64,000 nucleotides of DNA from positions 8,271 through 72,270 of the forward strand of contig JBGQLV010000006.1 in NCBI GenBank assembly GCA_041500225.1. Reading direction: 5' to 3'. Source of the DNA: Thermodesulfovibrionia bacterium. GTDB taxonomy: Bacteria > Nitrospirota > Thermodesulfovibrionia > Thermodesulfovibrionales > SM23-35. The translations under genes were made by a program, and so were the position numbers. The notes beneath the pieces are model-generated. The model searched no databases. It saw only the letters and a program-made list of their open reading frames with translations, and was not told where the DNA came from. This document shows, one piece after another, positions 38,907 through 46,098 of this stretch; the first letter of the stretch is position 1, and every line of letters begins with the position of its first letter.

Positions 38907-39244
38907 GCCCCTTACCCGATCCTGGAGCTAACTGGATGACGCATTATGTGTGAGCCATATCTTTGATGAGGACGGTATAAGGGTTCTGAATTGTTTCTAT
39001 GCCGTGGAGAACAAGACCGAATGGTCTCTCCACTGTCGTCGGTAGCACGGAAGATACGCAACGTTCCGTGCTGCAAGGCTATTGAGCATCGATAAGTGTT
39101 TGGTGCAGACTTTTGTTCTGATACCGTGGTGGAAACCAAGTCGGAGCTATTGGACAATCTTTAAAAAAATAAGGAAATGGAATTTTCTATTTTTATTTCC
39201 GATCAGGTTCGCTTTTTCTCTTGACAGTGCGGGGCCTTATAAGT

Positions 39245-39251
39245 GTTGGAC
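39245..39251 (-). other. R'' box of the attC belonging to the 39276-40415 cassette
   Basis: Plus-strand GTTGGAC lies 24 nt past the stop. It is the exact complement of the cassette's first bases (GTCCAAC at 40505-40511). The rest of this attC is not resolved. Confidence 0.5.
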
Positions 39252-39275
39252 GCCTTCTCAATGCTTTTATTGATG

Positions 39276-40415
39276 CTATCTGCTCATGGTCATACATTCA
39301 TTTTTTTGTAAACACTGTGAGCACAACCCCTTGTCGCGATATTCATAAAACTTACCCAAACAACTACTGGCTGTTTTACATGAATCATTACGCGTACAGA
39401 GCGAACACTCATTCCCACTTTCAACGTATTCATAAAACTTACCAAAACAGCCTTTTAGGCTATAATCCTTTTGGGGCCTGATTTTCTCAAGTGCCCTCGT
39501 AGCCTCTTCTCTTATTGAAGAATCATCATCCCTTAAGGCAAAAATCAGAGGTTCAACTGCGCGTGGGTTTTTTATCTCCCCAAGTGCCTTTACCGTTTTC
39601 TGGCGGACAATCTGCCTTTCATCCTTTAGAGCCTCTATCAATAAGTCCAATGCACTGGAATCTCTTATCCCTTGCTGAACCATTGCATTTAGAATAGCTT
39701 GGCAAACTGCCTCACTGTGTTCACTTGTTGCATGCTTCACCTGTCGTTTCCAATTATCAACAATAAAAAAATCAGGTTTTTCTGATGTATACTTATACAT
39801 ATCTGAAAAGGATAGTGTTTCATACTCTAATACATCAAGTAACGGTTTTATAATTTTAAAGTCACCTATTTTATTTAATGAGTTAATAATAGTTATTTCC
39901 ATGTTTTTGGTGTCATTCAGTTGGTCTTTAACCGAAAGTGCAGCTGTCATGCCCTCATTAGTATTTCCTCGTAGGAACAGAAGTTCTACTACAGTCCATA
40001 AGCTTTGCCACATCCCAAAACGAAGCTTACCATTCCAAATAGAGAGTGCTTGAAGTAACGCCCATACATGATCATTCTTTATTTCCCCTAAAAATTCAAC
40101 TGCTTTAAATACAAATTGCTTTTCGCTCAGAAGTGCGATTAACGACTCACTAAATCGAGGCTGTTTGATTTTGCTTAATGCTTCCGAAGCTTTTCTTTTC
40201 ACTGATTCAGATTCACTCAGTTCATTATTCATCAGGAACTTGATTGCCTCTGATGCCACTTTTGAATCGCCGATGTCGCACAATGCCAATGCTGCTTCTA
40301 TTTGAATATCTAAGTTTACTTTAGAGCTTAAGACTTGCATTAGTCTTTGAATGTTTCCTGTTTGCTTTAACTTGGCTATATTAGGTGGGCCAAAAAATTT
40401 TTCGATGATTCCCAT
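39276..40415 (-). CDS. HEAT-repeat protein with duplicated Cys-rich C-terminal motif (integron cassette)
   Basis: Own RBS (GGAGG). The N-terminus MGIIEKFFGPPNIAKL parallels the neighbouring cassette protein. HEAT/PBS-lyase-like repeats (VRQKTVKALGEIKNPRAVEPLIFALRDDD). The tail carries C.GKFYEY...G..CS.C.....C twice. Confidence 0.7.
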   Translation of the reverse strand: MGIIEKFFGPPNIAKLKQTGNIQRLMQVLSSKVNLDIQIEAALALCDIGDSKVASEAIKFLMNNELSESESVKRKASEALSKIKQPRFSESLIALLSEKQFVFKAVEFLGEIKNDHVWALLQALSIWNGKLRFGMWQSLWTVVELLFLRGNTNEGMTAALSVKDQLNDTKNMEITIINSLNKIGDFKIIKPLLDVLEYETLSFSDMYKYTSEKPDFFIVDNWKRQVKHATSEHSEAVCQAILNAMVQQGIRDSSALDLLIEALKDERQIVRQKTVKALGEIKNPRAVEPLIFALRDDDSSIREEATRALEKIRPQKDYSLKGCFGKFYEYVESGNECSLCTRNDSCKTASSCLGKFYEYRDKGLCSQCLQKNECMTMSR

Positions 40416-40504
40416 AGGTTGCCTCCTTTCATGTGTATACCCGCAATGACGAATAAGGTTATAGACAACAATGCCGTCTTTTTCATAATTATCATTTTAT
40501 CTTC

Positions 40505-40569
40505 GTCCAACAATGAGTTAAGGGACGCGGCGGCTTTTTACCGCGTCCCTTTTGAACGACTGGTTGTAC
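40505..40569 (-). other. attC site of the 40637-41518 cassette
   Basis: Plus strand: GTCCAAC-AATGA-GTTAAGGGACGCGG-CGGCTTTTTAC-CCGCGTCCCTT(TTG)AAC-GACTG-GTTGTAC. There is a 3-nt bulge on one arm. It starts 67 nt after the stop codon. Confidence 0.8.
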
Positions 40570-40636
40570 GCTTTCATTTGTTCTTTAATCTTCCTCATTA
40601 AACGGTCGCTGTTGTCCCTATTTTCCTTCCCTATAG

Positions 40637-41518
40637 TTATCCCTGCCAATTTCCTATGCCATCCCAGATAAATTCCAGATTTCGAGAGGCACCCCGGATA
40701 GCGCATCGGCTGGTAAACTCTGCATGAGCCGCCCGCATTAAGTCCATCCCCCCTTTTTGGTTTAGTATTTTACCAATGAGACGAAGTTCTTGCTCTGGCG
40801 CTCCGCCTTGTCCTTGAACAAATCCTTGTGGATGCTCCCGATAAATGGTTACCATTTTTTCAATGGCGTCATCAAATTCGTACTCCTGCGGAACTGTTTG
40901 CACAGTTCGGTGTTCTTTAAGTGCACGCTCGACCTCCGGCCCTCCGATGCACTTCAGGGCACCTGCAACATCTATCGATATGTCATTGTCCGAGAGAGCG
41001 TTGATTAGCGATTCTATTGAACTTGCAGCACCGATTTTTCCCAGCGCATTTGCTGACATTCTTCGCACATTTATGTCTTCGTCCTTTAGCGCTGAGATTA
41101 GGGGTTCAACAGCGGGTGTCCCGAATTTTGCAAGTGCTTCTGTAACCACGTCACGCACATGCCCGTTAGAATCTTGCAGCGCTAAGATGAGCGGCTCAAC
41201 AGCGGGTGTCCCGAGTTTTGCAAGTGCTTCTGCAGCCGCTTCACGCACCAATAACAGTGCTGAGATGAGCAGCTTAGCAGCGTGTGGCCCGATTTTTGCG
41301 CGTGCTTCTGCTGCGTCATACCCCAATAAGGCTGCGTCCTTCATTGCTGAGATGAGCGGTTTAACGGCCCTCACATCTCCAACTTTACCAAGTGCTTGTG
41401 CTGCCTTTGCGCGCACATTTGCTTCTTTGTGCCGTAAGGCTTTAATTAAACCCTCAACATCTTTCTTGGCAAGCATCTTTTCCACATTCGGTGGGCCAAA
41501 CAAATCAAAGATTCCCAT
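40637..41518 (-). CDS. HEAT-repeat protein (integron cassette)
   Basis: Own RBS (GGAG). Starts MGIFDLFGPPNVEKM. Has repeated ..VR..AA.ALGK.G...AV.PLI.AL.D units and a C-terminal ~90 aa of unknown type. Confidence 0.75.
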   Translation of the reverse strand: MGIFDLFGPPNVEKMLAKKDVEGLIKALRHKEANVRAKAAQALGKVGDVRAVKPLISAMKDAALLGYDAAEARAKIGPHAAKLLISALLLVREAAAEALAKLGTPAVEPLILALQDSNGHVRDVVTEALAKFGTPAVEPLISALKDEDINVRRMSANALGKIGAASSIESLINALSDNDISIDVAGALKCIGGPEVERALKEHRTVQTVPQEYEFDDAIEKMVTIYREHPQGFVQGQGGAPEQELRLIGKILNQKGGMDLMRAAHAEFTSRCAIRGASRNLEFIWDGIGNWQG

Positions 41519-41654
41519 CTTATTTCTCCTTTATCTACGAGCCGCGCGCCGAGCAAAAGGGGAGCGGTTGCTGTTCGATTCTTATATTTTTACCGCACAA
41601 AGCACTTGCAGCGGTCATAACATAAGAGTTTCGCCTTCTCTGTTTATTTTGTTC

Positions 41655-41719
41655 GTACAACGCCGCTGCTCAGGGGTGGCGCGGTTTTTACGCCATCCCT
41701 TGGAGCAGACAGGTTAGAT
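41655..41719 (-). other. attC site of the 41885-42457 cassette
   Basis: Plus strand: GTACAAC-GCCGC-TGCTCAGGGGTGGCG-CGGTTTTTA-CGCCATCCCTTGGAGCA-GACAG-GTTAGAT. The stem is imperfect, with bulged bases on one arm. Confidence 0.75.
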
Positions 41720-41884
41720 CTTTCAGGTGATTCACCAGAACCATTTCTACTTGATCCACAAGCGACGTATATAATATAACCGCAACCTACCCCTTAATGC
41801 CGTTCAGAGATTCTTCAGCAAACGGCGAACTGTGTATTAACTGATAACCACCACGAAAGGTGCCTACAAAAATTTGTGTTATAC

Positions 41885-42457
41885 TTATTTATTGCTGGCT
41901 TCAGGCACGAGTACGGTCGCATCGCCAAATGTTAGTTTGCACATCCCCGACTTCTGGAGACTGTGTAAGGTTTCAGTATCAATACTAAAGGCTAAGCAAA
42001 GTGAACAGCGGTTCTTTAGAAGCGTCAGGGTTTGGGGCATACCTTCATTCCGCTCAAGCCGATAGCCGTCGCCGGTGGTTGCCTGCTCTGTGGCAGTACC
42101 TTTGAAACCTAGTGTCGAAGTGTAAACGCATGTACCCTTAGGTCCAGAAACGCCCACCCCAAGAAGCATGCCATCTCCCACCGCTCCGGTAACAGCGATC
42201 TGTTTTGTTACCAACGTGAGTGACTTCTCATCAGGGCTGGAGAAGAGAGCTCTAATCTCTAGATATGGGAAGTCAGTGCTCATGGCTCGGCTTTTCGTGC
42301 CGTCCGTACACTCGATCTCTTGGCTGAGGTTTGCGGAGAGTTGGGTCACCGACCACTTGCCAGGTTCTTGTGCGGCACAAACAGTAGACACAAGAATAAC
42401 AAGGGTCAGGACGAGCCCAGACATTCTAAAAAAATAGTGACTATTTGTTCTTATCAT
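41885..42457 (-). CDS. secreted hypothetical protein (first integron cassette)
   Basis: ATG 42457 is preceded by AGGAG. Signal-peptide-like MIRTNSHYFFRMSGLVLTLVILVSTVCAAQE. The 40 extra codons in the ORF track read through a palindromic block. Confidence 0.55.
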   Translation of the reverse strand: MIRTNSHYFFRMSGLVLTLVILVSTVCAAQEPGKWSVTQLSANLSQEIECTDGTKSRAMSTDFPYLEIRALFSSPDEKSLTLVTKQIAVTGAVGDGMLLGVGVSGPKGTCVYTSTLGFKGTATEQATTGDGYRLERNEGMPQTLTLLKNRCSLCLAFSIDTETLHSLQKSGMCKLTFGDATVLVPEASNK

Positions 42458-42470
42458 GAGATTCTCCTTT

Positions 42471-42618
42471 CTATCTAATGCGCGAGTTGAGCAGTGGGCC
42501 GGAGGCCCATCTGTTTCGAACTCCTGGTTCTCCCCTCGCGGAGCGCATTCACCCTGTTCGCTGCTCAACTCGCGCATTCTCCCCGAGCGGAGCGAGGGGA
42601 GAACCAGTTATTAGATAG
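42471..42618. repeat. 148-bp block of interleaved inverted and direct repeats at the expected attI position
   Basis: CTATCTAAT/ATTAGATAG at the ends. GCGCGAGTTGAGCAG (42480-94) pairs with CTGCTCAACTCGCGC (42561-75). GGTTCTCCCCTCGC (42526-39) pairs with GCGAGGGGAGAACC (42592-605). Direct repeat TTCTCCCC..GCGGAGCG at 42528 and 42577. Confidence 0.85.
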
Positions 42619-42625
42619 TTACAGA

Positions 42626-42654
42626 ACTTTAGCAGAAAGTTTTAATCCAGTCAA
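42626..42654 (-). promoter_or_regulatory. candidate cassette promoter (Pc-like)
   Basis: Minus strand: TTGACT, 17 nt, TAAAGT, pointing into the cassette array. Based on sequence resemblance only. Confidence 0.25.
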
Positions 42655-42672
42655 TAGCAATTAAAAGCAATA

Positions 42673-42701
42673 TTGACATATCTGCTGGATATAATTATAC
42701 T
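42673..42701 (+). promoter_or_regulatory. candidate intI promoter
   Basis: TTGACA (42673-78), a 17-nt spacer, TATACT (42696-701), 50 nt upstream of the intI ATG and back to back with the Pc candidate. Confidence 0.4.
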
Positions 42702-42751
42702 TTTTAAAATGACTAATACGCTATTTATGATGTTAGTCATATTCAAATTCT

Positions 42752-44281
42752 ATGCAACCTATACCAAGTGATATTTTGACTCAATTCGAGGCCGTCCTGA
42801 AAAAAAGGGCAGTGCCTGTTTCCCGCCACGCGGATTATAGGAAGTGGCTCCGGTATTATCTTGATTTCCGAGGCAAATATACGCTTCCTGATTCCAAATC
42901 AGAACATATGCGTTTGTTCATCGAAAAATTGCAAAAAAAGAATCAGACGCCCGAACAGCAAAAGCAGGCAGCGCATGCACTGTCTCTTTATTTTGAGATA
43001 CTGAATGCAGAGACAAAGGCTGCGACAATATCCACATCGTCTCAATACCGGGCAACCACGGAGGGATTGCCCCTACAGGTATCGGAGGCAGCAACAACCC
43101 CCGCCACCCCTCGTAGCGAGTCTTCGCGCAGAGTCGCTACGACCTTTACTAAGGGGGAATCTTCCAATGACTTATCGAGGGCTGAGGCGATAACGCCGAT
43201 ATATTCCCCTCTTTCGGATATGCAACAGCCGCAGCGCGTACCGGAAACAGAGCCTGCTATGCCAAAGAAATCGGCTGGCAGTCGTTATAATGAATGGCGT
43301 TGTCTGGAGAAATCCGGATCTCCAGCCTGGGACAAGATCATCGACAATCTGGCGGCAGAGATCAAGATACGGCACTATTCCCGAAAAACGCTCAAAGCTT
43401 ATGCGGATTGGAGCCGCAAATTCCAGAGCTACCTGCGAAACAAACCGCCTGATGAACTGTCGGCAACGGATGTTAAGGCTTATATCACGTATCTGGCTGT
43501 GAAATGCAAAGTGTCTGCATCAACGCAAAACCAGGCGTTCAACGCTTTGTTGTTTTTGTTCCGCCATATTCTGAAGAAAGATTTCGGCGATCACAAGGAC
43601 ATTCCCCGTGCGAAGAAATCGAAGTATATCCCCGTGGTTCTTTCACGAAAGGAAATAGACGCTGTCTTGAAACATCTGGGGCATCCCTACGATCTTGCGG
43701 TCAAACTGTTGTACGGCTGCGGGCTTCGTCTCTTCGAATGCGTGACATTGCGGGTAAAGAATTTCAATTTCGACGCCGGAATCCTTACGGTACATGGAAA
43801 GGGCAGTAAAGACCGGACCGTGCCAATTCCACAGACGATCATGCCGGAATTAACGGCACAGTTTGAGGCAATAAAAAAACTTCACGATGAGGATCTTGCG
43901 GCAGGCTACACGGGCGTGTTTCTTGAAGATCAACTCGAAAAGAAATATCCGAAAGCCGCGAAGGATTTCATCTGGCAATGGTTTTTCCCGCAGCAATCGT
44001 TAACTTTCGTGGAGGGAACCAAGGAACGGCAGCGGTATCATCTTCATGAAACACACGTTCAGCAAGCGCTATACGAGGCTGTCCGGCGGGCGAAGCTCAC
44101 GAAGCGGGTCACCTCCCACACCTTTCGCCACAGTTTCGCCACGCACCTCTTGCAGGCCAACTATGACATCCGCACAATTCAGACGCTGCTCGGCCACAGC
44201 GATGTAAGGACTACGATGATATATACCCACTGCATACCGAGCAGGACTGTAAAGGAAGCTAAAAGCCCTCTTGATTTTTAA
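42752..44281 (+). CDS. intI: integron integrase with extended N-terminus
   Basis: C-terminal HTFRHSFATHLLQANYDIRTIQTLLGHSDVRTTMIYTH. IntI-specific insertion QLEKKYPKAAKDFIWQWFFPQQSLTFVEGTKERQRYHLHE. Core-binding domain IRHYSRKTLKAYADW ... STQNQAFNALLFLF. 509 aa, against the usual ~320-340. Confidence 0.9.
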   Translation: MQPIPSDILTQFEAVLKKRAVPVSRHADYRKWLRYYLDFRGKYTLPDSKSEHMRLFIEKLQKKNQTPEQQKQAAHALSLYFEILNAETKAATISTSSQYRATTEGLPLQVSEAATTPATPRSESSRRVATTFTKGESSNDLSRAEAITPIYSPLSDMQQPQRVPETEPAMPKKSAGSRYNEWRCLEKSGSPAWDKIIDNLAAEIKIRHYSRKTLKAYADWSRKFQSYLRNKPPDELSATDVKAYITYLAVKCKVSASTQNQAFNALLFLFRHILKKDFGDHKDIPRAKKSKYIPVVLSRKEIDAVLKHLGHPYDLAVKLLYGCGLRLFECVTLRVKNFNFDAGILTVHGKGSKDRTVPIPQTIMPELTAQFEAIKKLHDEDLAAGYTGVFLEDQLEKKYPKAAKDFIWQWFFPQQSLTFVEGTKERQRYHLHETHVQQALYEAVRRAKLTKRVTSHTFRHSFATHLLQANYDIRTIQTLLGHSDVRTTMIYTHCIPSRTVKEAKSPLDF

Positions 44282-44283
44282 AT

Positions 44284-44475
44284 AAATTGAGCGATTCTTT
44301 TAAGGTTGTCATTGCGAGGAGCGGAGCGATGTGGCAATCTCTATCACTTAAGACGAGATCCCTCACGGAGTTTATCCTGAGCAGTAAGATAAGATTCCTC
44401 ACTGCGTTCGGAATGACAGGCAAAGGGTTCGGAATGACAATTCTAAATGGTTTATACATAAAAATCGCTCAATTT
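44284..44475. repeat. composite palindromic element: 13-bp outer inverted repeats enclosing a divergent GTCATT...AATGAC double hairpin (copy D)
   Basis: AAATTGAGCGATT (44284-96) pairs with AATCGCTCAATTT (44463-75). Inside is GTCATTGCGAGG...GCAATC ... GATTCC...GGAATGAC (44308-44417), plus an extra GGAATGAC at 44431-38. Confidence 0.8.
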
Positions 44476-44488
44476 AGGTTTTAAATAG

Positions 44489-44618
44489 AGTCTGTCCATA
44501 AAGTCAGTTTTTTTGTCATTCCTGCGGAGGCAGGAATCCAGAAACTATTGGAAACACTGGATTCCGGCTTAAGAACTGCCGGAATGACACATATATAAGC
44601 AGACTTTATGGACAGACT
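44489..44618. repeat. composite palindromic element: 17-bp outer inverted repeats enclosing GTCATTCC double hairpin copy B
   Basis: AGTCTGTCCATAAAGTC (44489-505) pairs with GACTTTATGGACAGACT (44602-18). Inner element at 44515-44588. Confidence 0.85.
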
Positions 44619-44780
44619 ATAGATAAGGGGATGTATATTTTGTTTTTACAGGTAACTACAATTTTAAAAAGACTATAGCATATTCCCTTTTTCAGACAAG
44701 CTACCGCCTTTATAGTACAGCAACTCCTTGCCCCGTCTGCAGTCGGGGCGTTTCATTTGGATAGACAGGTATGATTGCTC

Positions 44781-46052
44781 TTACTGATAAACCGTAGACG
44801 CTATTTTTACGGTCAGATCACCGAGCATGTTGGTATAACTTCCCAGTTCATTATCATACCAGCCATAGATTGAGGTCTGTGTAACTGGTATTTCTATGTT
44901 CGATGGAAGCTGTCCAGCTAATGACTCTGGAACTTTGTAAAGTTTCGAAAGGTCCAGTGTTACAAAGGCTGTCCTTGTGTGTGTCTCGTTGCCTTCAATA
45001 ATAGTAGCCGGCCCGAATTGTCCAATTATATCGGAAGATACATTCTGCTCATCCGTATATTTGATATAACCCCTCTTTTCCCTCTTTTCAGCATCACGAT
45101 AAATGTCGTTAATAAGGGTTCGATTAATTGCGGGGCTGCCTGGTTCGTCATATAATGCAACTACCAGGATGATTAGAGATCCTGTAGTGGTTGGGATACG
45201 CACTGATTCTGCAATAAACCCTATCTTGTTCATCTCCGGGATTACCAGGCCGAGTGTCTTAGCGGCTCCGGTAGTTGTCAAAATGATATTATTCATGATG
45301 CTTCTGTTTTTCCTTAAGTCAGTGGCACCGGCCTCTGGTAACCTGTCCAGTACTTCCTGGGTCCCTGTGGCAGCATGGATTGTGGCCATAGAAGCACTCA
45401 GTATCTTTTTTGAACCAAAGTAATCTAATAGCGGCTTGATCATATATGAAAGACAGGTCGTGGTACACGATGCAGCGGAAATAACACGATGTTTGGTCTG
45501 GTCGTATATATCGTCATTAATACCGATTACAATAGTTGTTGCATCATCCGGCATAGAAATACCTTTTGTTTTAATCTTAAAGGGTGCGGAAACAATAACC
45601 TTTTCTGCCCCTGCCTCTAAGTGGTCGCGGGCAGAACCCTCTTTAGAGTCAGGCGGGGCTGCAGGGTCTTTAAACTTACCAGTGCTTTCAACAACTATTT
45701 TTGCACCGTATTTATCCCAGGGTATAAGCCTTGGGCTGCGGGTTTCCCTTAAGATAGTTACTGGTAAGCCGTCTATCAGCATGGTACCCTTGTCTTCGTC
45801 AAGGTTTTCAATTATCCTTTTTGTCTTGTGTCCATAAAGATAACGCTGTAACATTCCATAAGTAGAATCCTTTTCAATATAAAGGGCAATATCCTCGAGC
45901 CTGGTTCCAACCTTTCTACCGATGTTTACAACAATCTCTGAAAAATATTTTCTACATATATGATGCCAGAGTGTCAGCTTGCCAATTCTGCCCAGACCGT
46001 TTATACCAAGTACGGGCTTTTTCCCAGAGATCATTTTTACTTTGTTTTTCAT
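44781..46052 (-). CDS. glyceraldehyde-3-phosphate dehydrogenase, long form
   Basis: NAD(P)-binding GINGLGRIGK, catalytic Cys in SAASCTTTCL, and C-terminal WYDNE. 423 aa, with insertions relative to the classic ~335-aa GapA. Confidence 0.85.
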   Translation of the reverse strand: MKNKVKMISGKKPVLGINGLGRIGKLTLWHHICRKYFSEIVVNIGRKVGTRLEDIALYIEKDSTYGMLQRYLYGHKTKRIIENLDEDKGTMLIDGLPVTILRETRSPRLIPWDKYGAKIVVESTGKFKDPAAPPDSKEGSARDHLEAGAEKVIVSAPFKIKTKGISMPDDATTIVIGINDDIYDQTKHRVISAASCTTTCLSYMIKPLLDYFGSKKILSASMATIHAATGTQEVLDRLPEAGATDLRKNRSIMNNIILTTTGAAKTLGLVIPEMNKIGFIAESVRIPTTTGSLIILVVALYDEPGSPAINRTLINDIYRDAEKREKRGYIKYTDEQNVSSDIIGQFGPATIIEGNETHTRTAFVTLDLSKLYKVPESLAGQLPSNIEIPVTQTSIYGWYDNELGSYTNMLGDLTVKIASTVYQ

Positions 46053-46098
46053 CTTTACTGTACCCCCTCCTGAGATTAATTTATAAGTTTTTTAAAGA

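Larger units (their letters stand above)
38329..44281. mobile_element. integron (intI, attI region, at least four cassettes)
   Basis: Integron-type integrase, three hand-delimited attC sites, co-oriented cassette ORFs divergent from intI, and cassette boundaries that obey the R''/first-six-bases complementarity rule. See the findings. Confidence 0.8.

Noticed and set aside
38912-39157. 81-aa minus-strand ORF in the G+C-richer part of the cassette array
   Set aside because: It has no RBS and all frames are broken into short pieces. It is more likely an eroded cassette than a live gene, and I have kept it as part of the unresolved-interval finding.
40845-41717. 290-aa ORF on the plus strand
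   Set aside because: It lies entirely antisense to the HEAT-repeat cassette gene. It is Ser/Ala-rich and low in complexity, as expected of a shadow frame of a G+C-richer gene. It has no RBS.
42458-42577. 40-codon N-terminal extension of the first cassette ORF in the ORF track
   Set aside because: The extension reads straight through the palindromic repeat block. A good RBS and a signal-peptide start occur at ATG 42457.
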